Origin: a virus
Lineage: Duplodnaviria; Caudoviricetes
Direction: 5' to 3' (one strand)
Length of the DNA: 64,000 bases
Virus record (IMG/VR): IMGVR_UViG_3300037047_000246
Below are positions 20,509 to 28,979 of the stretch, in pieces. Position 1 is the stretch's first letter. Each line of letters opens with the position of its first letter. Made by a program: the position numbers and the translations under genes. Below the pieces are notes generated by a model, which saw nothing but the letters and a program-made list of their open reading frames with translations, was not told where the DNA came from and did not search any database.

Positions 20509-22863
20509 ATGGCGCCCATAAGTTACAAAATCGCAGAAAATCTGTACCTCGTCGAGCAGGTAGTTTGCAACAAAGCCCCTCAGGCAAAGCCAGCAGACGT
20601 TCCGACCAATCACATCGTCGTCATCGACTGCTCCGGGAGCATGTCCGGGGACTTGCCCAAGATCAGGGAGCAGCTCAAGCGCAAGATGCCCAAGCTGCTT
20701 GGCGAAAAGGACACACTGTCTGTGGTCTGGTTCTCCGGCCGAGGTCAGTTCGGCACTCTGCTGGAGGCCGAGCCAGTTTCGACTCTTGCCGACCTGCAGC
20801 AGGTCAATCAAGCAATCGACAGGTGGCTGAGGCCTGTGTGTCTCACCGGCTTCAAAGAGCCCTTGGAAGAGGTATCCCGGCTTGTCGAGAGGATCGCTAA
20901 GAAGCACCCTGGCGCTTTCTCCATGTTCTTTATGTCCGATGGGTGCGACAACTGCTGGTCGCGCCAAGACATCATGCAAGCGGCGCAGCAGGCCGCCGGC
21001 GGTCTGGCTGCTGCCACCTTTGTCGAGTACGGATATTATGCGGACCGGCCGCTGCTGGCTGCCATGGCGGAGAAGTCTTCCGGCGCGCTGATATTTTCGG
21101 AGGATTTTGACCGGTACGCGCCGCAGTTCGAGTCGGCCATGCAGAAGCGCCCGATTGGTGCCAAGCGCATCGAGGTGGCGGTGGCCGGAAATCCTGTCGG
21201 AGGGTTTGCGTTCGCTTTGTCTGGCGCAGACCTTCTCACTTTCGCAGTCGAAGACGGCAAAGCGTCGGTGCCCGAGGGCACGAGCACTGTCGCGTACCTG
21301 TCCTCCTCCGGTGTCGGAGTGGTGGCCAAGGACCAGCTGACCATGTCGGCGAAGGATGCCGCCCGTGGCGACAAAGGCGACGGCACGCTGGCACTAGCTT
21401 ACGCGGCCGCGTCGCTTTATGCTGTGCGCATGCGTGCCGACGTGGTGCTCCCAGTGCTCAAGAGCTTGGGCGACGTCGCATTCATCGAGCAGTTCGCCAA
21501 CTGCTTCGGTCGCCAAAAGTATTCGGAGTTCACGGATGCGACCAAAGCGGCGGCGGCGGAAAAAGATCGGCGCTGGACTCTGGGTTACGATCCGGACCGC
21601 GTGCCGCCGGAAAATGCCTTCACGGTGCTTGATCTGCTGCAGATGCTGCAGTCGGACGAGGGCAACCGGGTGCTGATGGAGCATCCGAGCTTCAAGTACA
21701 GCGCCATCGGCCGAGGCCGCATCGACGCCTCCGAGCAGCTGACGCCTGAAGAGCAAGCCGAGGTGGAGCGGCTCACCGCGCAAATCGCTGCAGCTGGCAA
21801 GAACACCAAAAAGGTGGCGGAGCTCACAGCCAGGATAGCATCTATTGCTGCCAACAAGCCGAAGGCTTTGGAGTTTGAGGCCGATCCGGCTCCGGACGGT
21901 TACCCTATTTCGAGTCTGACGTTCAACGAGGACCGACCCAACGTCTCCATTCTGGTTAGAAAGCCTGGGACTGTGGATTTGTCGAGTCGCGTGGCTGAAG
22001 AGCTGGACGGGCAGTTCCCGGGCCATTTCCCAACGTTTATCTGGCGCAACTACGCCATCATCAAAGACGGCTTGGTGAACGTCGACGAGCTGCCAGTGCG
22101 CGTGACGTACAGCACCGAAAAAATTTTGCAACAGTACGAGTCCGATGGCACTCTGCCGCGCGCCGCTTTCGACGACATCGGTTGCGGCGTAGTTGTGTTC
22201 CACCTGCGCAAGCTGCCGGTCGTCAACCGCCAGATGGTGCGATCGGTGTCGGCGGCAAAGTTTTTTGCCACAAAGTACGAGCTCGTCCAGGCCCAGGCTG
22301 CCCAAAAGGTGTTCAACGGCTTCACCAAGGAGCTGCTGCTTGCCAAGAAGGCAGAAGGCATCGCAGCGCAGTACGGAGACGAGGCCGCCGCTTGGCTCAA
22401 GGAGCAGGGCATCAGCGACGGCGGATTCTCGCCCAAGACGGTGCAGGCAGAAGCGACTGACTTTTATATGGGCAAATGCCTGAAGGTGTCTCTCAAAGGC
22501 TTGTCTAGCTTGCCTTCGCTCAAGGACCTGCGCGAGCAAATCAAGAAGGGCAAACTCAACGCGGCCGGCAAGCTCATGAAGCCGCATTTCGACCGGGTTG
22601 AGGCTTTCTTGGCCAGCGACATCTCCCAGTCAGCAAACAGGGACGCGGTGCTCGAAACGTGGCTTGAAGTGCAGGCCAACGCAGCCCGGGACAGGGCCCG
22701 GGGTCTGATCTACCAGATCGCGCAGACCACGTTCTGCTTGGTGGTGGGGCAAGTCTGGTTTTCAGAATTCTCGTCGCTCGACGAGAACTCCATGGCCATC
22801 GACACCGATGAAGGGCGCGTCGAATGCAAGGCGGAGCTTTTGGAAACGCGCATCAAGTTGTGA
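20509..22863 (+). CDS. VWA (von Willebrand A) domain protein
   Basis: MIDAS VIDCSGSM and FMSDG; GGAG RBS before ATG 20509. Confidence 0.85.
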   Translation: MAPISYKIAENLYLVEQVVCNKAPQAKPADVPTNHIVVIDCSGSMSGDLPKIREQLKRKMPKLLGEKDTLSVVWFSGRGQFGTLLEAEPVSTLADLQQVNQAIDRWLRPVCLTGFKEPLEEVSRLVERIAKKHPGAFSMFFMSDGCDNCWSRQDIMQAAQQAAGGLAAATFVEYGYYADRPLLAAMAEKSSGALIFSEDFDRYAPQFESAMQKRPIGAKRIEVAVAGNPVGGFAFALSGADLLTFAVEDGKASVPEGTSTVAYLSSSGVGVVAKDQLTMSAKDAARGDKGDGTLALAYAAASLYAVRMRADVVLPVLKSLGDVAFIEQFANCFGRQKYSEFTDATKAAAAEKDRRWTLGYDPDRVPPENAFTVLDLLQMLQSDEGNRVLMEHPSFKYSAIGRGRIDASEQLTPEEQAEVERLTAQIAAAGKNTKKVAELTARIASIAANKPKALEFEADPAPDGYPISSLTFNEDRPNVSILVRKPGTVDLSSRVAEELDGQFPGHFPTFIWRNYAIIKDGLVNVDELPVRVTYSTEKILQQYESDGTLPRAAFDDIGCGVVVFHLRKLPVVNRQMVRSVSAAKFFATKYELVQAQAAQKVFNGFTKELLLAKKAEGIAAQYGDEAAAWLKEQGISDGGFSPKTVQAEATDFYMGKCLKVSLKGLSSLPSLKDLREQIKKGKLNAAGKLMKPHFDRVEAFLASDISQSANRDAVLETWLEVQANAARDRARGLIYQIAQTTFCLVVGQVWFSEFSSLDENSMAIDTDEGRVECKAELLETRIKL

Positions 22864-23123
22864 TGCAACTTGTAGTGCCTCACCACATAGAGTTTCAACA
22901 GCATCCGGACGTGCTTGACATTCGCGTAATCAGGTACAGAGTTTTGTGCCGCAGGTGCGGATGCTGTTGTGAAGCTTCCCTGGACACATATTCGTACCTC
23001 AGCACTGGTGCGGGCGACAACAGGATACTGAGGCAGCTCATGCAGGAGTGGGAGATCGCGTTCCCCGCAGATTGCGACGAAGCTGCCTCTCTGAACCTAA
23101 TCAGGTCTGTGCAAGAAACCTAA
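22863..23123 (+). CDS. Small Cys-rich protein (CRRCG), paralog of the next gene
   Basis: TGATG overlap with the VWA stop; C-terminus DCDEAASLNLIRSVQET. Confidence 0.7.
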   Translation: MQLVVPHHIEFQQHPDVLDIRVIRYRVLCRRCGCCCEASLDTYSYLSTGAGDNRILRQLMQEWEIAFPADCDEAASLNLIRSVQET

Positions 23124-23137
23124 GGGTCCGGCCAAGC

Positions 23138-23398
23138 ATGACTGCTCACCAAGTCCAGTTCCACGCCTCGTCGGATGTTGCGACGAGCTTGCGGATGGGA
23201 TATGCTCTGCGGTGCCGCAGATGCGGCTCCAACGTCGCGGCATGGCTCGACATGAGGCATTTCAGGAACGTTCTCGGCACCAAAAGTCTCGAAGAGCGGA
23301 TGCACGTCAAGCTCGAGCTGGAGTGGACGCACCAAGTGCCTCATGACTGCGACGAAGCCATGGCGATCAACACGGTGCGCATGGTGCAAGAGTCGTGA
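23138..23398 (+). CDS. Small Cys-rich protein (CRRCG)
   Basis: C-terminus DCDEAMAINTVRMVQES. Confidence 0.7.
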   Translation: MTAHQVQFHASSDVATSLRMGYALRCRRCGSNVAAWLDMRHFRNVLGTKSLEERMHVKLELEWTHQVPHDCDEAMAINTVRMVQES

Positions 23399-23441
23399 GT
23401 CTCGCGCATTTTGTGGTTCGAATTCCGGCGCTTGGGCTACC

Positions 23442-23470
23442 TTGACTCGACCCGGACGAAGTGTTATTTT
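23442..23470 (+). promoter_or_regulatory. Sigma70-like promoter
   Basis: TTGACT-17 nt-TATTTT with extended -10 TG; predicted +1 near 23477, the A of an ATG. Confidence 0.6.
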
Positions 23471-23476
23471 TGAATT

Positions 23477-23515
23477 ATGCACTCGCTTAGATCTGACTGG
23501 AACTGCCACTTGTAA
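23477..23515 (+). CDS. Probable leaderless leader peptide MHSLRSDWNCHL (UAA stop; read-through gives LPRGPP...)
   Basis: ATG 6 nt after the -10 box, no SD; in frame with the downstream gene. Confidence 0.5.
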   Translation: MHSLRSDWNCHL

Positions 23516-23587
23516 CTACCTCGCGGTCCCCCGTCGCCGTCGCTGCTACCAACACCAGAGCAAGTGACGATTGAGACGGAGGACATC

Positions 23588-23953
23588 ATGAAGCAGTCAG
23601 TTGTAAGCATCAAGCATTGGATTAAGGCCAGCATGGCCGAATCGCTCGAGATCCGCAAGCAGATACGCGCATCTGAGGGCGACGAACGCTCCCGCCTCTG
23701 GGGATGTAAGCGCAGCCTTGGTGACGACACTCGCCATATGCTGCTTGCCTACGCGTTTCTGCGCGGCAGGCTGTACTCGGCGACAGAGTGGAAGTGCGCC
23801 CCCAATAACAAACCCCGCCCCTCCTTCGTGCAGCATTTCCTTGAGGTCTCTTTGCCCAAGGGAGAGCCTTTGCCGGCCGAGTGGGATAAAGATAGCATCA
23901 AGGCGTGGCTGGCCCGCCCGATGGCCTCCGAGGCCAAGGAGCAGGCAGCATGA
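23588..23953 (+). CDS. Conserved phage hypothetical protein (RHxxLAYAFLRG type)
   Basis: GGAGGA RBS; motif recalled from genes next to PTH2 in phages. Confidence 0.75.
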   Translation: MKQSVVSIKHWIKASMAESLEIRKQIRASEGDERSRLWGCKRSLGDDTRHMLLAYAFLRGRLYSATEWKCAPNNKPRPSFVQHFLEVSLPKGEPLPAEWDKDSIKAWLARPMASEAKEQAA

Positions 23954-24396
23954 GGACGATTGTCAAGACCGAGCTTGTGCCAGCCGAGGAGGTCACTTAC
24001 ACGACGTACGGCTGCGACCTGTGCGACTTCACGTCGGACGATGAAGACAACATCAAGCTGCACCACGGCAAGGAGCATGCGTGCAAGCGCAAGATGGAAG
24101 TGGACGGTGTCGAACTGTATTGGTTCGACACGGAGGAGGATGCCCAGACCTGGATCGAGCAGGATGAGTACGGCGCCGATGAGCGCAAGGTGCGTTGGTC
24201 TGACCCCGGATGGTACACCGCCTCGTGGTCGACCGGGCCGTGCAGGCGCGGCTGCTGTACGCGAAGCTGCCGATCGCTCGAATCTGTGGGCTCCTACCTG
24301 TCTGAACTGGAGTACGCGGCCGAGCAGGCCGAACAGCAGGCTGACAAGAAGCGCCGCCTGGCTCAGGCGATTCGCCAGGAGGTTGGCGATGGCTGA
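23950..24396 (+). CDS. Hypothetical protein with C2H2-like zinc finger
   Basis: CDLCDF...HHGKEH; ATGA overlap with the previous gene. Confidence 0.7.
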   Translation: MRTIVKTELVPAEEVTYTTYGCDLCDFTSDDEDNIKLHHGKEHACKRKMEVDGVELYWFDTEEDAQTWIEQDEYGADERKVRWSDPGWYTASWSTGPCRRGCCTRSCRSLESVGSYLSELEYAAEQAEQQADKKRRLAQAIRQEVGDG

Positions 24397-24715
24397 GAAG
24401 CTCTTTCTGGTCACTCGCGCAGATCTGCGGCCGGGTCAGCAGGCGGTTCAGGCTGCCCACGCAGCACACCAGTTTTGTGTCGATTTCCCAACTGAGTTCG
24501 CGGCCTGGTTTGAACGTTCCAACACTTTGGCAATGCTCACTGTGCCCGACGAACAGGCGCTGCGGCAGTTGGCTGACCTGGCAGATGACTGGGACTTGAA
24601 GTTGTCGATGTTTCGCGAGCCTGACCTTGGCAACGCTTTGACTGCTTTGGCGCTCGAGCCAGGTTCAGGCACCAGAAGGCTGTGCCGCAATCTGCCGCTA
24701 GCTCTCGGCGGCTGA
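24389..24715 (+). CDS. Peptidyl-tRNA hydrolase, PTH2 family
   Basis: LVTRADL.PGQQAVQAAHA, FREPDLGNALTALA; AGGAGG RBS. Confidence 0.85.
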   Translation: MAEKLFLVTRADLRPGQQAVQAAHAAHQFCVDFPTEFAAWFERSNTLAMLTVPDEQALRQLADLADDWDLKLSMFREPDLGNALTALALEPGSGTRRLCRNLPLALGG

Positions 24716-24788
24716 CTACCTCGGAAATTTAGCTGCCTGGAGCGTAGCGGCGGCCAGTGGAAGCCATCCGCGCGAAAGGTATCAAGAA

Positions 24789-25022
24789 GTGACATTCCCG
24801 GTGACCGAATCAGACCTGTGGAGCGTATACCCACGGGCGACCCACTGCTGGAGGCTCGTATCCACTGACGCGGACCGGGTCGAAGTGTACGAATGCGATC
24901 GGTGCTCGGCCAGGAAGTTCATCTACAACGACGTGAACGTTCAAGTGTATGACGCGGCTGGCCGAGAAGCGTCCATGGTCGAGTGCGAATACTACGGGAT
25001 AGCGAACGTTATGGAAGAGTGA
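24789..25022 (+). CDS. Small Cys-containing hypothetical protein
   Basis: HCW...CDRC; C-terminus CEYYGIANVMEE. Confidence 0.6.
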   Translation: MTFPVTESDLWSVYPRATHCWRLVSTDADRVEVYECDRCSARKFIYNDVNVQVYDAAGREASMVECEYYGIANVMEE

Positions 25023-25069
25023 CTCTCGGCGCATTTGTCGCGCAGTTTGCGAACAAGGATAGCACACAA

Positions 25070-25159
25070 GCCCTCGTAGCCCAGCGGTCGAAGGCAGGCG
25101 GCTTTAAACCGTCCACGAGCGAGAGCTCGTCACCGGGGGTTCGACTCCCTCCGAGGGCA
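25070..25159 (+). tRNA. Class II tRNA with anticodon UUA (ochre suppressor); amino acid uncertain (Tyr/Leu/Ser-like)
   Basis: Acceptor GCCCTCG/CGAGGGC with A73; D arm GCC/GGC; anticodon stem GGCGG/CCGTC with loop CT-TTA-AA; variable arm ACGAGC-GAGA-GCTCGT; T arm GGGGG-TTCGACT-CCCTC; CCA not encoded. Confidence 0.9.
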
Positions 25160-25160
25160 C

Positions 25161-25721
25161 TTACTGCGATCGTGACAGCTTGGCAGCTATTTTTTCGAGC
25201 TGAAGCTGGAAATTTTGCAAAACAAACGGCAGCGCTATGGAAACCCTGCCGTCTCCACGGTCCGCGCCGTATATTGTCAGATCGAACGCTCCCCAAGACA
25301 CTGGCGCAGGCAGCGGTCCTGCCGTTTTGGCACCAGGCATGTACGACAGCGTCACGTGCGGCTTGAACTCAGGCCATTTGGCGCTGTACGACACTCCTGA
25401 GAGGTCGAGCTCCTCTTTCAGGTCTCGCTCCAACTGCATGAGCTCAGGGGACTGCACCGGCAGGATAACTGGGGTGCCGTGGTGGCCCGGGTCGAACGAA
25501 GCCACTTCGCTGCATGTTAGCGTGAACGGCGACGTTCGGCGCGTGACCTTGTGGCAAGCCACCATTGCAGCCGCAAGCTGCTCCATCGATGCTCCGTCGC
25601 CGAGGTACACCACAGTCACGTGCATTTCAGACGCTGCTTGAACGTCGCCCGGCAGCGCGCCTGACATTTGCGCCAGAAGTCTGCCGACTTCCTGCGGGAC
25701 TCGCAGAGCTATCATGGCCAT
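25161..25721 (-). CDS. 2H phosphoesterase (LigT / Acb1-like)
   Basis: Two HxT motifs: MHVTVVY and KPHVTLSY. Confidence 0.85.
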   Translation of the reverse strand: MAMIALRVPQEVGRLLAQMSGALPGDVQAASEMHVTVVYLGDGASMEQLAAAMVACHKVTRRTSPFTLTCSEVASFDPGHHGTPVILPVQSPELMQLERDLKEELDLSGVSYSAKWPEFKPHVTLSYMPGAKTAGPLPAPVSWGAFDLTIYGADRGDGRVSIALPFVLQNFQLQLEKIAAKLSRSQ

Positions 25722-25753
25722 AAGGCCTGCAATCGACAAAACGTTTATCGAGC

Positions 25754-26650
25754 ATGCAGCGTGTGAACGATTTGTATTTGGGCCGCAACGCGCTTGGGCA
25801 CGCCGCATATGCCGGGCGCAATTTCGCTGTCGGAGACCTCGTGGCGCAGTTCTCTGGCGACATCTGCTCAGCTGAGGATCTGCCGGAAATATCGTCCCCG
25901 GAGGACGACAGGTACATGCAGGTGGGCAGAAGCGTCTACATGGGCCCTTCTGGCTGGTTCGACGATTACTGCAACCACTCGTGCGATCCGAACGCCGGCG
26001 TGGCGGACGTCGACGGGTCCATGTGGCTGATTGCCATTCGGCCGATTGAGGCCGGAGATGAAATCGTGTGGGACTACTCCACCACGATGGACGAAGACGA
26101 CTGGGAGATGGATTGCCGGTGCGGCAGCCCTGCGTGCAGAGGCCGAATCCGAGACTTCAAGCACCTGGAGCTCGGCTTGCAGCTCAAGTACGTCAGCCTA
26201 GGCATAGTGCCGGACTTTGTCCTGCAATCAGTGTCGCCTGACCTGCTGTCCTCGGCTCTCCGGTTCATGTCCGGGCAAGAGCCGGACGCGCCTTTGCTGG
26301 AGAAGCTTGCGCTGTCCATAGACGGCCCAAGCAAAAAGAAAAGCAAGGGCAAAGGGGGCAAGTCGCCTCCGACTGTGACTCTGCTCGACGTTGAAATGAC
26401 CGAGGACGGCGGCGTCAAACAGAGCTGGGGCGTGTACGCTGAGGGGCAGAAAGTTGGCGTACACTCGGTGACCGACGCCGAGGGGGACACGAAGATACTG
26501 GGCAACGATCTGGACCTTGGCGAAGGCGGATTGACCGCGCAGCAAGCAGTTGCCCACATCCTGCAGGGTGCCCATCCGAGGTACTATCCGAAGCCTGGGA
26601 AAACTGTGGTGCTGGACAGCGCATTCGTGCACAGCGCCTCTCGGAGCTGA
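25754..26650 (+). CDS. SET-domain protein-lysine methyltransferase with post-SET Cys cluster and C-terminal extension
   Basis: YCNHSCDPN, IEAGDEIVWDY, CRCGSPAC. Confidence 0.9.
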   Translation: MQRVNDLYLGRNALGHAAYAGRNFAVGDLVAQFSGDICSAEDLPEISSPEDDRYMQVGRSVYMGPSGWFDDYCNHSCDPNAGVADVDGSMWLIAIRPIEAGDEIVWDYSTTMDEDDWEMDCRCGSPACRGRIRDFKHLELGLQLKYVSLGIVPDFVLQSVSPDLLSSALRFMSGQEPDAPLLEKLALSIDGPSKKKSKGKGGKSPPTVTLLDVEMTEDGGVKQSWGVYAEGQKVGVHSVTDAEGDTKILGNDLDLGEGGLTAQQAVAHILQGAHPRYYPKPGKTVVLDSAFVHSASRS

Positions 26651-26699
26651 GCCGGCGCGTGCGCTTCGCTGGACCTGGAGAACGTTTGAGAGGGGGGTT

Positions 26700-26927
26700 T
26701 TACTGCTTGGCCCAGCGGCCGCCGGCTGCCTTCTTGTAGACCCACCTGCCGCTGCATGCGCCGTCGACGTTGATGGAGTAGAACGCAACCTTGGTGTTGC
26801 CGGGCGACGAATCGTAGTTCTGGAGGCAGATGCGGCGGCCCGCGTTGTCCATATGGCCGGGGATCACTTGCGGTTCGCTCTTGCCGGCCACGATCACGGT
26901 GATCTTCTGCATGCTTTTCTTATTCAT
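26700..26927 (-). CDS. Small hypothetical protein
   Basis: 75-aa ORF with a purine-rich RBS filling the gap. Confidence 0.5.
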   Translation of the reverse strand: MNKKSMQKITVIVAGKSEPQVIPGHMDNAGRRICLQNYDSSPGNTKVAFYSINVDGACSGRWVYKKAAGGRWAKQ

Positions 26928-26992
26928 GATTTGCCTTCTTTGCCGTTGTGCCCCCATGCAGAACATTACAACTTGCATGGTCCGTCCGTGAC

Positions 26993-27409
26993 ATGGACAA
27001 CATGACTCGGCGACAGCGGTCCAGGCACATGTCTCAGATCAAGGTGTCTGGCACCAGACCTGAACGGGTGCTCAGGCAAATGCTGAAGCAGCTCACCGAG
27101 TCCAGGATGCTGTACAACGTGCGCGGCATGCCCGGCAAGCCAGACGTCGTGGTACCTGCCCTCAAGCTTGCCGTGTTTGTCGACGGATGCTTTTGGCACG
27201 GATGTCCGGAGCACGGCAAAATGCCTAAAAGCCACAAAGAGTACTGGGTGCCTAAAATAGTCGGCAACATGATAAGAGACGAGGACAACGTTGTGGAGTT
27301 GGAAGGCCTTGGATGGACCGTATGGAGGGTATGGGAGCACGACTTGCAGCCCGGCTCTGCATTCAACACCAAGCGCAGGTTGGCTCGCAGGTTGGCTCGA
27401 CTGATTTGA
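26993..27409 (+). CDS. vsr: Very short patch repair endonuclease
   Basis: RSRHMSQIK...TRPE, PGKPDVV, FVDGCFWHGCP, RD..N...L...GW.V.RVWEH. Confidence 0.92.
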   Translation: MDNMTRRQRSRHMSQIKVSGTRPERVLRQMLKQLTESRMLYNVRGMPGKPDVVVPALKLAVFVDGCFWHGCPEHGKMPKSHKEYWVPKIVGNMIRDEDNVVELEGLGWTVWRVWEHDLQPGSAFNTKRRLARRLARLI

Positions 27410-27432
27410 ATTTTGATGCTGCTCGCTCGAAT

Positions 27433-28461
27433 ATGGATCTTGCTCAAAGAGTAGCTGCGCTGTACTGGGAGCTGAACAAAAAGACGTCGTGCGGAGACAG
27501 TTCTCTGGCCGAGTGCCCACAAGGCGCCGAGCCGGCCGACGTCGACCCCAGCAGCGCAGCCCAGCAGCTCAGAGACATTGCGGACCGGATCGACAACTCA
27601 TCGGCGCCATCGCTGATGCTAGTGACCGGGTCTTTGGCCAGGCTTGCTCGCCGCATCAGGCAAGCCGACGCCAACTCGCTCGCCAAGAGCATTCAAGAGC
27701 GCATCTGGCAGGAGCTGATCTCATTGATGCCTGACGGCACTTGGGACTTTTCGGTGGGCCGCGGCTCTTCGGGCGGCTTGTACGACACCAGCTGGTCCGG
27801 CAAGGGATGGAGAGACGGGTACGTGTCTTTTGGGGCCAAGCCCGCCGCATGGTCCAATGCAGCGCTCATAGGCGGCATTCTGTTCAGGTTCAGGTACCAG
27901 TCAGAAGGGGTCATTCCGGCGAAGGGCACTCCGGAGCACAGCCAGTGGCTGCAGAACCGGGATCTCGGCTTCGAGGGGAATGTGGCCGAGAACGGCGTGC
28001 TCAGCGGCGGATACTACAACCACCAGCCCGGCGGCACGGTCGACACGTTTTCTGCCGGGTCCTCTCCCTCCGGCAGCACAGGGCTGCCGAAGTTGCAAGA
28101 CACTTGGTTCGGCGACGCCGTGTTCGAAGTAGCCAGAGACGAGTCAGTTCTGAGCTGGAACTGGAGCGACCCCTCAGGCACCAGGCGAAGCATCCAAGAA
28201 GTGATAGACAGCATTGCTGCCCACCCTCCTGTCGGGGCGATGTCCAAGAATAAGCAGACTCTGCTGAAGATGAACCCCTACACCAGCGTGCGCAAGTTCG
28301 TCAACCAGTTGGTGAAAGAGCGCAGGAATCAGTTCTACACTGACGAGGCCGCGATGGTGGCTCAAGCCGAGGGCACGGTCGTCAATTCTGTCGTGGAGTC
28401 TCTGAAGAAGAAGGGCTTCGAGTACGTGGTCGGCAAGTCGCCACATCTCGCCAAAGTCTAG
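27433..28461 (+). CDS. Hypothetical (putative virion-internal) protein
   Basis: Starts MDLAQRVAALYW; shares an AAQ.LR.IA..IDNSS.P module with 55379-55855. Confidence 0.7.
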   Translation: MDLAQRVAALYWELNKKTSCGDSSLAECPQGAEPADVDPSSAAQQLRDIADRIDNSSAPSLMLVTGSLARLARRIRQADANSLAKSIQERIWQELISLMPDGTWDFSVGRGSSGGLYDTSWSGKGWRDGYVSFGAKPAAWSNAALIGGILFRFRYQSEGVIPAKGTPEHSQWLQNRDLGFEGNVAENGVLSGGYYNHQPGGTVDTFSAGSSPSGSTGLPKLQDTWFGDAVFEVARDESVLSWNWSDPSGTRRSIQEVIDSIAAHPPVGAMSKNKQTLLKMNPYTSVRKFVNQLVKERRNQFYTDEAAMVAQAEGTVVNSVVESLKKKGFEYVVGKSPHLAKV

Positions 28462-28513
28462 CCCGGCGTGCGTGCGACTGGCAGGTCTTTGCCCGCAATG
28501 CTCGCGCCGCGCG

Positions 28514-28813
28514 CTAGACGTCCATCACCTGCCTGACCGCCACCCATTTGCGAAGCTCCGACACGGCGCACCCAAATCTCCCTTTAACTCGCCGACTCCG
28601 GCCGTAGTCGGTCAAGAAAACGAACACTCCGGTATCCGACATATGTCCGAAAAGTCGCGTATGGAATCCTGCGCGCACAGCCACAGCGTACGTCCTTCTC
28701 GGTCTGCCCGAATACGGTTCCATGACGGCCAAGACAATCAGGTCTGCGCCGGCGCCTACCGGGTGGGACCACATGACGGGCGGAATTTGTATCGGCGCTT
28801 TGGCCAGCTTCAT
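28514..28813 (-). CDS. Small hypothetical protein
   Basis: ORF ends ..AVRQVMDV, resembling the shared C-terminal motif. Confidence 0.5.
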   Translation of the reverse strand: MKLAKAPIQIPPVMWSHPVGAGADLIVLAVMEPYSGRPRRTYAVAVRAGFHTRLFGHMSDTGVFVFLTDYGRSRRVKGRFGCAVSELRKWVAVRQVMDV

Positions 28814-28979
28814 TTTTCCATCATTTCCTGCAGCAGATGCTGATCGCACCCGAGCGCTAGCGCACGCGATTGAGTGCGCATCCCGCACACGTGCGTCGCG
28901 ACCTCGCCGCAGACGGCAGCAGTTTCCCGGACAAACGTCCACTGGTGCATAGCCCCGGATACGTCTGCCGAGTCCGAAT

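Noticed and set aside
22915-22943. TTGACA -35 boxes at 22915 and 55852
   Set aside because: No acceptable -10 at 16-18 nt spacing, and both lie within or at the end of coding sequence.
23412-23430. GTGGTTCGAATTCCGG resembling a tRNA T-arm
   Set aside because: The T-stem cannot close (G53 would face T) and no acceptor or D arm is present.
24716-24788. Possible structured RNA between PTH2 and the next ORF
   Set aside because: Only short alternative hairpins; no recognisable tRNA or ribozyme core.
25102-25108. Reading the tRNA anticodon as UUU (Lys)
   Set aside because: The 5-bp stem fixes a 7-nt loop C-U-UUA-A-A, and the long variable arm does not fit tRNA-Lys.
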